A stretch of DNA of 64,000 nucleotides. Source: a virus. Below are positions 16,102-24,871 of the stretch, piece after piece. The position numbers and the translations under genes are program-made. The DNA is taken from positions 32,001 to 96,000 of IMG/VR virus record IMGVR_UViG_3300010354_000046; one strand, 5' to 3'. The notes beneath the pieces were generated by a model. That model did no database searches and had not been told where the DNA came from. It saw only the letters and a program-made list of their open reading frames with translations. Position 1 is the first letter of the stretch, and every line of letters starts with the position of its first letter.

Positions 16102-16184
16102 GATTGATGTGGAGGGGGGCCGGCATGTATTTTTATAAATTGTTGTTTTTACGCAACAGCGCATGCAAAATTCACCCATAGGTG

Positions 16185-16527
16185 TAAAATCACCACCCCG
16201 AATCTATAAGTACTTTTATTTTAAATTTTTCGCAGCCACGTTTTTTTACCCTGTAGACCCTCGCCGCATATATACAGTATGAATGAACTGTATACGCAAA
16301 CTGAACAGATCCGTGGACGCTGGTATCGCTATGATCCGGACCGTGATATATGGTATCCCATAGACAATCAGGACTCAGCCGTAAGTGCTTGGGCATGGGT
16401 CATTGTTGTGGCATTTTTAGCGGCTCTAGCTTACTATGCTGAATACTTACGCTAAAACTGACCCCACCAGAACTCTAAGTACTTCTCCCAAATTTTTTGC
16501 GTACAGTTTTTTTTGGTGCTAGGACCC
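16185..16527 (+). repeat. degenerate 75-bp direct repeat pair
   Basis: 16185-16260 and 16453-16527 share TAAAA..CCAC..GAA..TAAGTACTT..AAATTTTT..GTTTTTTT..GACCC. Confidence 0.65.
16279..16455 (+). CDS. 58 aa membrane-anchored hypothetical protein (not in ORF track)
   Basis: MNELYTQ...WYRYDPDRDIWY...WVIVVAFLAALAYY. Confidence 0.55.
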   Translation: MNELYTQTEQIRGRWYRYDPDRDIWYPIDNQDSAVSAWAWVIVVAFLAALAYYAEYLR

Positions 16528-16579
16528 ATTTCAACACTATAAATATATGTTTACTACACTCAAAAGGAAACTTATCGCT

Positions 16580-16828
16580 ATGGCTAAACCATTTGAAGTC
16601 CGTTTTAAGAAGTCGGAGCAAGAACCCATATACGAAGGTCCTATGGCACACGAATATACTGATCCTCGTGCTTTAAGCTATATTGAACAGCGTTATCGTG
16701 AAGTACATCCGCATCCAGAGCAAAACCCATTTACGCATCCATGGTTGTTTAATCCCATGTCACCACCACGAGGCTTTGCTTGGGATCCATACTACGAGTG
16801 TTGGATCCGTGACATCAACTCCAAGTAA
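16580..16828 (+). CDS. hypothetical protein
   Basis: TATAAATA at 16538-16545 and AAGGA RBS favour ATG 16580. Confidence 0.65.
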   Translation: MAKPFEVRFKKSEQEPIYEGPMAHEYTDPRALSYIEQRYREVHPHPEQNPFTHPWLFNPMSPPRGFAWDPYYECWIRDINSK

Positions 16829-17072
16829 GCAAGAATAACATACGGTTTCGATCTCTTCGAAACGCAACACAGGCTTCCCAATAACATTGGTTCTGCTGTT
16901 GACTGTAAGCCCATTCTACCCAATGTGGGCCTGTGTACTGATTAAGCCATGATTCCAGTGTATCAATACTGTTGATCCAATCTTCCTGCCAATTGGTCAT
17001 GATCTTGGGCCAGGGCACACGAGCCACATACTCAAATTCATGATACTCAGGCAAATAGTATATGTTGGGCAT
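16815..17072 (-). CDS. hypothetical protein
   Basis: Trp-rich ORF from MPNIYY; TAAATA 4 nt upstream. Confidence 0.6.
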   Translation of the reverse strand: MPNIYYLPEYHEFEYVARVPWPKIMTNWQEDWINSIDTLESWLNQYTGPHWVEWAYSQQQNQCYWEACVAFRRDRNRMLFLLTWS

Positions 17073-17198
17073 ACAGTATTTACTGCCTGGGAAATTTGTC
17101 ATTATACTAGCAGATAATTTGGCTAATTTTTGCTTAACCGGTTTTGCTTCGCGCTTGCGCTGTCGCGCAGCCTGGTTTCTAGCTGCGCTTCGCGATTC

Positions 17199-17807
17199 TT
17201 ATCTAAACTGTGGACCTGTACACCAACCCACTAGACTGTAGCGTTTGCCACGTGTTATGGGTGTAACCCTGTGTGTGATCACTGAAGGAAAGGCTATAAA
17301 TGTGCCCTGCTCTCTAGGCATTGGCTGTGGCTCCAAGCCCGTGAGTATTTCCAATTCGCCGCCTTCATAGGCCTGTGGCTGTGATAACTGTATGCTAAAA
17401 CTCAGTTTGCGATAGCTGTTGTCGCCCTGACTGGCATTGTCTATGTGCCAACCAAAAAAATCTCCCGTGTTATCATAGCAGGTAAACTGTAGAGGATCTA
17501 TATAGTCCAAATCAAAACGCCAGTCCACGCCATTGACCTGTTGTACTGCCGCAGTACAGCGTTCATAGATCCAGCGATAGTCCTCTACCGTGGGATCCAT
17601 CCAACAGACGTCTCCTCGGCGTACTGAATCCAAGTAGGCAACTTCCTGTTCTTGATGTACCTTGGCCGAGTGTCTCTTTTCTCGTGCCAGAACTAGGTCT
17701 ATAATTTGTCTACATTCTCTAGGCTGAAATACTCCGCCCAGTACTGCATAAATGTTAAATCTCTGTCGCAGTTGTTCTTGTGGTGTGCGTAGTGACCAAG
17801 CTAGCAT
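17199..17807 (-). CDS. 2OG-Fe(II) oxygenase (prolyl-4-hydroxylase/PKHD-like)
   Basis: WHID, RKLSFSIQLS, YEGGEL, HRVTPITRGKRYSLVGW. Confidence 0.88.
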   Translation of the reverse strand: MLAWSLRTPQEQLRQRFNIYAVLGGVFQPRECRQIIDLVLAREKRHSAKVHQEQEVAYLDSVRRGDVCWMDPTVEDYRWIYERCTAAVQQVNGVDWRFDLDYIDPLQFTCYDNTGDFFGWHIDNASQGDNSYRKLSFSIQLSQPQAYEGGELEILTGLEPQPMPREQGTFIAFPSVITHRVTPITRGKRYSLVGWCTGPQFR

Positions 17808-18258
17808 TTGTGTCCTTTAGATAATAACCATAATTTACTGTGGTTTCATTGCGGCGATATTCTCTAGCACCGTTTTTCAAATGAAAGCGTCGTGCCAGTT
17901 CTGTCGGTGGGCTCAGTGTGACTATGCCCCGGATTTGATCGCCCCATTCGGCCAAGAGTCGTTGGCTGGCCTGACGTAGCAGTTCAGCACCTGCACCTGG
18001 ACTGTAACTCCAAATGGTGTAGAATACTGCTATGCTACATTGTTTGGGCATGGTTTCGAGGTCTTGTTCTGTGGAAGGAATATCACCCAACCAAGCCATA
18101 CAGGTCACTGCCAGTACACGGTCGTCCGTGTCAGTTAAGGCCATTATTTCGCTAAATTCATTTATACGCTGTTCAAGAGGAATGTGCGGTCGTACTGGAT
18201 CATCTTTGATGACTCTAGTAATAGGATGATTAATATCCTTGACACGCACAAACTCCAT
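17755..18258 (-). CDS. hypothetical protein, possible GNAT fold
   Basis: YSPGAGAELL and ARRFHLKNGA resemble acetyl-CoA-binding motifs; GGAG RBS. Confidence 0.5.
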   Translation of the reverse strand: MEFVRVKDINHPITRVIKDDPVRPHIPLEQRINEFSEIMALTDTDDRVLAVTCMAWLGDIPSTEQDLETMPKQCSIAVFYTIWSYSPGAGAELLRQASQRLLAEWGDQIRGIVTLSPPTELARRFHLKNGAREYRRNETTVNYGYYLKDTNASLVTTHTTRTTATEI

Positions 18259-18315
18259 GATTGTTCTCCAGCATTATATACGTACTTATCCGTTCCACGG
18301 AAAAAGCCCCAAGTT

Positions 18316-18888
18316 CTAGGTTCGATACTGAGTATTGAAACTCAAAGTCATTCTGCCCTGGGCTTGGTTGTCCAGACTGTCATGTGCTAGCCAGCTGGGG
18401 AAAATGATCAAACGGCCCGGCTCAGCTAGAAACTCATGGAAATTTTCATTATAGAAAGTTGTGTGTGTACTAAGCTCAAACATGCGTAACTGTTCAATAG
18501 GACTGTGAACTCTGAGACTGCATGATCCCGGTGGTGTGTGAACGAACAAGGCTGCTGAAACTATGCTGTGTTCGTGTCTGTGCCGTTCAACTCTGTCGCC
18601 CGGATCATACCGATTGAGCCAGCTGTGATTTATATACAAGGGTCTACAGCCCACAGTCTTGGCCCACACATCAACTGCCTGTTCTAAGTCTTCACGTAGA
18701 TCCCTAAGGTCTGGATGCCCCAGTATGCCTCCAGGCCAGCCCTGGCGATTTGGGTAAGTAGTGGCTGCTAACAGTCTAACCCGTTCGTATTCCATGTGCA
18801 GGGCTAGGTCGGCTAATCGTGCAAAATCTTTATGACCTTTTAGATCATGCTGATGTATCACTGTGGGAAATAGCAGTACTTCATCCAT
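18316..18888 (-). CDS. putative 2OG-Fe(II) oxygenase (TIGR02466-like)
   Basis: LFPT, SWLN, HRH, IIFPSWLAH, RMTLSFN. Confidence 0.8.
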   Translation of the reverse strand: MDEVLLFPTVIHQHDLKGHKDFARLADLALHMEYERVRLLAATTYPNRQGWPGGILGHPDLRDLREDLEQAVDVWAKTVGCRPLYINHSWLNRYDPGDRVERHRHEHSIVSAALFVHTPPGSCSLRVHSPIEQLRMFELSTHTTFYNENFHEFLAEPGRLIIFPSWLAHDSLDNQAQGRMTLSFNTQYRT

Positions 18889-20336
18889 TAGACTTCGTCT
18901 TGGTCTAGATTGTTTAACAGTTGGCGCAGTCTCGAACTTTCAACCTGTGCCTGCACCTTAGGTGTTTCCAAACTCCAACCTTCTTTGGGTGTGGCTCGTT
19001 CCCAACCAGAGGCCGGTGCTTCACCCTGTGCAGTTGAACGATTTTTAATCTGTGTCAGTAGTTGACTGCCTGCGCTGGCTGCGCCGCTGCCATAGCTTTC
19101 TTCCTGCTCCATGTCAGTGATGCGTAGTGTATCAATGTTAAACTCTAGATCAATTTTCTGTCCAACACCACTACTACTACGTGTTTTCATTAGTTGGATT
19201 TGATAACGTCCGCGTTCACGCATGGCACGGCTGGTAAAGATACCAAACACGTTATCCGCTGTTTGAATCTTGGATAAGCCGCCTGAAATGTGACTGTGAT
19301 CAAACTCAACTTCTTCCACAGCACCTCGGTTCAACTGCGCCGCAGTGACAAACACACAGTTCTTTTCCATGGCCAAGTTACGCAGTTCTTCACTCACATA
19401 CTTGTCTTTAACAAAGAGGTTTTCTGCTGAAATCTTACGGCCCATGGGCATTAACAAGTCCAAATAGTCTACCAATAGAACGTCAACCTTACGTTCCATT
19501 TTGATTTCATACTCTTTCAAGTAAGCACGAATATCGTTGGCTGTTTTTCCCGAAGGCATATACTTGACTTGGAACTGCCCTGACTTCTTGCCAATCATCT
19601 TAACTTTCATTTCAACGTCATCTAAACTTTTGAAAATGTCACGAGTAGCAATGCCAGTTACCATAGCATCCATACGCATGGATACCAGTTCTTCGCTAAG
19701 TTCTAAGGTCAAGTAAACTACATTCATGCCTGTTAGAGCAAAGTTCAATCCCAAGTTAGCTAGGAATAACGATTTACCCGCACCCGATCCTCCAGCAAAG
19801 ATATTAAGTTCCCCTCGATTAAATCCGCCAAACAGTTTGTCGTCGACACTTTTCCAACCTGTGCTGACCTGTCCGTTTTTGTCTTTGATCTTCATTAGAC
19901 GTGCTCGGGGATCATTAAAGTAGTCAGTGCCCAAGTCACGCTGTAGACCAATCTGTACTGCTGCCTTGATTTTATCTTCCACTGGACCATACTCGCCCTT
20001 TTCCAACAAGTCAGCACTTTCTAAAATAGCACGTTCAAGTCCTTTGTGGCGTGTAAAAGTTTCAAAGTCATTGAGCAGCCAATCGAAGTGTTCTTCGCGC
20101 AGGTCAGGTGTAATCTTAAAGTCGCTGCCAGTGGCTGCATTGATAATATCTGGCGTGGGCAATACGCTGTTTTCCTCAACATACTTGTTCAAAAACTCAG
20201 CAGATACCTGTAGTCTGCGATCAAATAGTTTGTGATCAAAAATGCTTTGGCAACGTACAAACGTGGCAGCATCTGCCAACATCATTTCCAAATATAGTTT
20301 TTGTATATCGTATCCGTAATCTACATTCTGTTTCAT
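18888..20336 (-). CDS. DnaB-like replicative helicase (T4 gp41-like)
   Basis: GGSGAGKS, LELSEE, VDYLDL, AQLNR motifs; start at 20336 inferred from promoter position. Confidence 0.92.
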   Translation of the reverse strand: MKQNVDYGYDIQKLYLEMMLADAATFVRCQSIFDHKLFDRRLQVSAEFLNKYVEENSVLPTPDIINAATGSDFKITPDLREEHFDWLLNDFETFTRHKGLERAILESADLLEKGEYGPVEDKIKAAVQIGLQRDLGTDYFNDPRARLMKIKDKNGQVSTGWKSVDDKLFGGFNRGELNIFAGGSGAGKSLFLANLGLNFALTGMNVVYLTLELSEELVSMRMDAMVTGIATRDIFKSLDDVEMKVKMIGKKSGQFQVKYMPSGKTANDIRAYLKEYEIKMERKVDVLLVDYLDLLMPMGRKISAENLFVKDKYVSEELRNLAMEKNCVFVTAAQLNRGAVEEVEFDHSHISGGLSKIQTADNVFGIFTSRAMRERGRYQIQLMKTRSSSGVGQKIDLEFNIDTLRITDMEQEESYGSGAASAGSQLLTQIKNRSTAQGEAPASGWERATPKEGWSLETPKVQAQVESSRLRQLLNNLDQDEV

Positions 20337-20354
20337 TTGTCTAGTATACACTCT

Positions 20355-21308
20355 TTAAGTTTTAATTTCAATATGTTTGACAGTCTGCCATTTATAGTCC
20401 CATTCTCTATGCTTGGTGTGATACAATACTGCACCAATAGCACTACTAGGATCGCCTGGCATGGGCAAACTCCAAATGTATTTCCACATAGGTTCTACTA
20501 TGTTCCGGTTGGCCTTTGAATTCATAGCACAGCCGCCCATATAAACTAAACAATCTGCACTGGTTAGTCGCTGAGCCAAGTGCATTACATTCTCAATGTT
20601 GCGCTCGAATACTGACTGTACTGCGGCAGCTATGTCGCATTGATCTTGTAGGTTACTAATAGGATAGGGCCAATCCAACACACCTCTATGTAGATTTTTT
20701 TGTAATTTTACAGTTGGCAGTATGTAATCTAGTACATCTGTATAGTATCTATCAGGATCACCATTATCGCTCATTTTCTGGAACAAGTGTTCTTGTTTAA
20801 TTGGTTCAAGACCGACTAGTTTAGTAAATGCACTATAAAGAAGACCTAAACTATGTGGGTATCTCCTGCTCCATACTTTCTTCATTTCGCCGTGACGTCC
20901 TTCCCAGATGCTGGCACAGTCCCATTCGCCTATTGCATCTAGAACTACAATAGCACAATGATTAAATGGACTAGTATAATAACCAGCAGCGGCATGACTA
21001 CCATGATGAGGAGTATAATGTAGTTGTGCATAGTCTAGTCTTGCACGTTTGAGATAATGCTTGGGCATTACAGACATGTCAAATGCTGTTTCGTATTGTT
21101 TTGCATACAGTTGTCTAGTTTTCTTAACCCACGGATTCTCATACCAGTAGATATGATCAGGGCCGCCGCTGGTTAAAAATTGACGTATTAAATTTGAATC
21201 TAATTCATCACTAGGACAGAATTCCCAATGCTTTAGCTTTCCGCCTGGCCCGTCGAACACAGCAAGACTACTGCCGTGATTAAGAGCATTAATTCCCCAG
21301 ATATTCAT
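20355..21308 (-). CDS. carbamoyltransferase, N-terminal (Kae1-like) domain only
   Basis: NHGSSLA, HHGSHAAAGYYTSPF, DAIGE, GGCAMN, PGDPSSAIGA; no GPRALG domain. Confidence 0.8.
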   Translation of the reverse strand: MNIWGINALNHGSSLAVFDGPGGKLKHWEFCPSDELDSNLIRQFLTSGGPDHIYWYENPWVKKTRQLYAKQYETAFDMSVMPKHYLKRARLDYAQLHYTPHHGSHAAAGYYTSPFNHCAIVVLDAIGEWDCASIWEGRHGEMKKVWSRRYPHSLGLLYSAFTKLVGLEPIKQEHLFQKMSDNGDPDRYYTDVLDYILPTVKLQKNLHRGVLDWPYPISNLQDQCDIAAAVQSVFERNIENVMHLAQRLTSADCLVYMGGCAMNSKANRNIVEPMWKYIWSLPMPGDPSSAIGAVLYHTKHREWDYKWQTVKHIEIKT

Positions 21309-21418
21309 TTGTAAATAAACGGGTCTCTTTTACGTAGCTCTTCTAATCTACGTTTGAACTCTTGGCGTTCTTTATACCAACGCCAAGGTTTAAGTAAAAA
21401 ATTAATAATTGTTTTCAT
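21305..21418 (-). CDS. 37 aa basic peptide ending DPFIYK (not in ORF track)
   Basis: ATGA overlaps at both ends; AAGGA RBS. Confidence 0.6.
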   Translation of the reverse strand: MKTIINFLLKPWRWYKERQEFKRRLEELRKRDPFIYK

Positions 21419-22419
21419 GTTATATCCTTAAACCATTGTTTAGCCCTTAACTGTATTTTAAGACTGTTCGATTCTGCAGACTGTTTGATCATATAAAGTA
21501 CAGTTAATTTTCCAAGTTTTTTTACAGCATCGTTAACATCTTTAACGCCCGGAGGCCATTCGGGCATACTTACACTCCAACCAAGTTCTATTGCTTGCTC
21601 GATTGTTTTAGGACCTTCGTGATCCCTGTCGGGTACCAGAATAATCTCTCGCCCTAATTGTTTAAGCAACCAATCTTGGCTTTCTTTTATCTCTGCACCT
21701 AGCAATGCACACCCGTCAATACTTAGCGCATCAAACGGTCCTTCGCAAACAATTACGAACGCCCGCTCGTTTGTCTGTTGCCTATCTAAATTGAACACGT
21801 AACCCGGTTGTTGTTCGCTAAGATAACGAGGCGTACCACCTTCATTTGTTGCTCTAGCAGTCCAGCCTACAATCTTGTTATCTTTGAAAAAAGGAATTAT
21901 AACACGATTCTTAAATCCTACTTTGTTAGTCCAATAGTAAGGATAATCATAAGGATCTAATCCTCTGTTGTTTCTTAGATAACAAAAAACATCTATAAGA
22001 CTTTGGTCAGTGTTTTCCCAACCCTGTAGTTCAATCCAACTACTCCATTGTTCTAAACTTTTTGCGTCCATAGGCAACGCTCGTTCATCAAATGTTGGAA
22101 TAATAGATCTTAACTGGACATCTGAGTTTTCATTTAGACGTAGTGCTTCTAGCCTTAGTTGATTAATAACATCATCGGGCACGTTGAGTAACCGCATGAG
22201 CTTGTTCATCTTTTGGCTAATTTGTCTACCAGGTTGCCAACTGGCTTTGAATTGGCAATTAAAGCAGTGGTAACTTACTGCATCTCCAGCGTTCAAAATC
22301 ATGCCGCCGCGACTTCTTTTATCATCGCAACAGGGTGCGTTGAAACTAATCCATCCGCTGGGGGTTTGCTTACGTTTTCCAGGTAAGTATTGCAGTAATG
22401 TATCTGAGATAAGGCTCAT
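21415..22419 (-). CDS. DNA primase (T4 gp61-like)
   Basis: N-terminal Zn-binding Cys (PCC...HCFNC); TOPRIM VCEGPFDA and PDRD. Confidence 0.88.
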   Translation of the reverse strand: MSLISDTLLQYLPGKRKQTPSGWISFNAPCCDDKRSRGGMILNAGDAVSYHCFNCQFKASWQPGRQISQKMNKLMRLLNVPDDVINQLRLEALRLNENSDVQLRSIIPTFDERALPMDAKSLEQWSSWIELQGWENTDQSLIDVFCYLRNNRGLDPYDYPYYWTNKVGFKNRVIIPFFKDNKIVGWTARATNEGGTPRYLSEQQPGYVFNLDRQQTNERAFVIVCEGPFDALSIDGCALLGAEIKESQDWLLKQLGREIILVPDRDHEGPKTIEQAIELGWSVSMPEWPPGVKDVNDAVKKLGKLTVLYMIKQSAESNSLKIQLRAKQWFKDIT

Positions 22420-22424
22420 GCCTT

Positions 22425-22453
22425 ATTTTAACTGCTTACTGTTACTTTGTCAA
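22425..22453 (-). promoter_or_regulatory. sigma70-type promoter of the primase gene
   Basis: TTGACA-17 nt-TAAAAT, 5 nt from ATG. Confidence 0.7.
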
Positions 22454-23516
22454 CAGACCCGGTAAGATTAGTTCCAGTAACTACATAAGTTTGGTTGCCG
22501 GCAACTGCGGTTCCAGTCCAAGTTATTTGTGTAGTCGAACTTTGGCTGTAACTGCTTGGTATAATATGACTGGAACTATCAACTTGAGCAACAGTAATAA
22601 TCAAATCATTAATTACGTCAACACCACCAAGTAAACTTCCTAGCACTTTAATTTTACTACCTACCGCATAGCCGGTGCCGCCCGATTTTATAGTTACATC
22701 ATAACTGCCATTATTTAAAGTTACCTTATAGCTAGAACCAATACCGTTTGCCAGGGGAGTCGAATAACCGACTCTAAAATATTGATATCCTTCTGTATTA
22801 ACAGTTTTATCCCAAGTACCAGTAAAGTCATCAAAAGTATAAGAATGTAAAAAATCGGCACCTTTGAATGCTTCAAGATTAATAGTGGTTTTCTTTGTTG
22901 CTTCTATCCAAACGCTGCCGGTGAATCCAGTTAGTTTAACACTAAAGCTCATAGTTTCTGTAGGTACTGCTTCATAGAACTTAGCGGGTATAGCACTACT
23001 ATGATATGTTGGGGTTCCTTTCAAATCAATTTCTGCTTGAAAGCTATCGTAGACTTTGTCGTCTCGGAATACAGGCATAGCACTACCAACTAATTCCATA
23101 GTACCTAATGCACCAAAACGACTGTCGCCATATAGTATAACATCTCTTCCATCTTTACTAGCAGTTACACTAAAAGTTAGATACTGGTCGGATAATTCTG
23201 CTAGATCTTCTTGTGGTATAGTTACACTAGCAATTCCTTTGATAGTTGGATGAGGTGTTACAGTATAAGGGCTGTTGGGCAATGCTTGCCCGCTAGCATC
23301 CATGACGTTCATTTCTATACCGGAAATAACTGGGCTAGATAACAACTCTATTCTTTTTTGGTCGGCGTTCTTAATATCAAATTCTATTGTATTGTCGACG
23401 CCATTATAGATTTTAACGATTCTTTGATACACGTTTGTATGCTCCACATTAAATCCAGCCAAATCAATTAATAGGTTAACTCTATTCGGATATAAATAAC
23501 TTGAAATTTTTTGCAT
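22428..23516 (-). CDS. putative virion structural protein
   Basis: Beta-rich, Thr/Gly/Ser-rich, GGTGYAVG motif; TAAATA and GAGG upstream. Confidence 0.55.
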   Translation of the reverse strand: MQKISSYLYPNRVNLLIDLAGFNVEHTNVYQRIVKIYNGVDNTIEFDIKNADQKRIELLSSPVISGIEMNVMDASGQALPNSPYTVTPHPTIKGIASVTIPQEDLAELSDQYLTFSVTASKDGRDVILYGDSRFGALGTMELVGSAMPVFRDDKVYDSFQAEIDLKGTPTYHSSAIPAKFYEAVPTETMSFSVKLTGFTGSVWIEATKKTTINLEAFKGADFLHSYTFDDFTGTWDKTVNTEGYQYFRVGYSTPLANGIGSSYKVTLNNGSYDVTIKSGGTGYAVGSKIKVLGSLLGGVDVINDLIITVAQVDSSSHIIPSSYSQSSTTQITWTGTAVAGNQTYVVTGTNLTGSVDKVTVSS

Positions 23517-23541
23517 TTGGATAGACCCTCATTGTATATTT

Positions 23542-23916
23542 ATGGTTAAATTAAGAGATAACATTACACAAAATCTCCCGTTTATTTCAGTACTAAACTA
23601 CGGTGAAAATGAATACGTTGGTATTATAATCAACCAAGATCAATATGTTACCAGTTTTTACGATTTAAACGCAATCAAAACGCCCGAAGAAACTAAAATA
23701 TTTTTAGAAATAGGCGAAACCTGGTGGTGGGAAAGTAACCGACAATTTCCTATTAGTATATTTTGTAGGGACCAGATCCATCCGTTTTCCTATGCTATAA
23801 AAACATTTAATAGCAAAGATGTTAGGGTTATATTAGGACCTGTTGTTAACCTACTTAACCTTAATATAAAACGTGTAAAAAGAAAAAGTGTTCAACTAAT
23901 ACGTAGAACAAGTTAA
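23542..23916 (+). CDS. hypothetical phage protein
   Basis: 124 aa ORF with WWWESNR motif; TATAAATA at 23491-23498. Confidence 0.7.
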   Translation: MVKLRDNITQNLPFISVLNYGENEYVGIIINQDQYVTSFYDLNAIKTPEETKIFLEIGETWWWESNRQFPISIFCRDQIHPFSYAIKTFNSKDVRVILGPVVNLLNLNIKRVKRKSVQLIRRTS

Positions 23917-24491
23917 CTATAACCGTAACTTATCTGTTCGCAAATTAAATTCATTTGCACAATTACAACGTGTGCATAGGCAATGGCATGTGCCTTTTTA
24001 AAATGATATTCACCAGTCTCTGGTTTGGTCCAAACTTCCTTCATGATCGTCGTCCAATCCTGACCAATCAAGTGTCTCTTGGCTGGCCGGATCATAGCGA
24101 GGACCGCAGCTAATTGTTCCACGGAAGTAGGGCAGGTCTTCCTCAGTACCGTCCCATGCCCGTTTAAATGAAATAACAGATTCACGAACTCGTCTTGTAA
24201 AAGTAAATCCCATATCGGCTCCTGGTTCATTAATTCAAGAAGATGTTTTCTATTTTTAATACCTTTATACACACCTACATTTAGAAAATCTAATTTAAAG
24301 TAACCTCTATCTTCTGCTTCTTTATAATCAAGTGTACTTATTCCTGTAAACGGATTGTACGGAATAGAAGTACAATAAATGCCAGTATTGTGCTTTTTAA
24401 AAGTACTATTTTCCTTTATAGAGGCGGCAACATGTTTAAAATGTTTTAATGCTAAATCTCTATCGGCAAAATCTATATCAATATCTGGCAT
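23913..24491 (-). CDS. miniature DNA polymerase III alpha (DnaE)-like protein
   Basis: MPDIDIDF, GYFKLDFL, LAMIRP, FKKAHAIAY motifs in 192 aa. Confidence 0.8.
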   Translation of the reverse strand: MPDIDIDFADRDLALKHFKHVAASIKENSTFKKHNTGIYCTSIPYNPFTGISTLDYKEAEDRGYFKLDFLNVGVYKGIKNRKHLLELMNQEPIWDLLLQDEFVNLLFHLNGHGTVLRKTCPTSVEQLAAVLAMIRPAKRHLIGQDWTTIMKEVWTKPETGEYHFKKAHAIAYAHVVIVQMNLICEQISYGYS

Positions 24492-24666
24492 CTTTAGTTT
24501 CTATTCGTTTCCATTGTAACGGCCCTGGGGTTGTATGTGGAGTATACACTTCGCCAGTCTCTTTGTCAAGAAGCACCCATTTTTCTGGACATTTTGTTTT
24601 TATTGTCAAGACTACCGGTTCGGAAAGCTCAGGTACCTCGGCGCCGTCTTTTAACTTTCTAAACAT
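24478..24666 (-). CDS. hypothetical protein
   Basis: 62 aa ORF in operon; TKCPEKW motif. Confidence 0.7.
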   Translation of the reverse strand: MFRKLKDGAEVPELSEPVVLTIKTKCPEKWVLLDKETGEVYTPHTTPGPLQWKRIETKDARY

Positions 24667-24667
24667 A

Positions 24668-24871
24668 TTAATGCTTTATTTCGGATTCAAAAAGCATTAA
24701 CGGCAAATTTTCTTGTAGCATATTTGCATAATTATCTGCTTCTTCAATTGTTTCGAATCCTGTAAATTTTACATAAACAGAATTATCTTCTTCACTAACA
24801 AGAATTTCTAAACCTAACTGTAAAGCATCTAAATTAGGAGTAACGTGTATTGATTTTTCATCTGGTGTCAT
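24668..24871 (-). CDS. hypothetical protein
   Basis: 67 aa ORF in operon. Confidence 0.7.
   Translation of the reverse strand: MTPDEKSIHVTPNLDALQLGLEILVSEEDNSVYVKFTGFETIEEADNYANMLQENLPLMLFESEIKH

Noticed and set aside
6539-16179. Numerous 60-190 aa minus-strand ORFs in the early island
   Set aside because: They are antisense shadows of plus-strand genes that have promoters and RBSs; none has its own signals.
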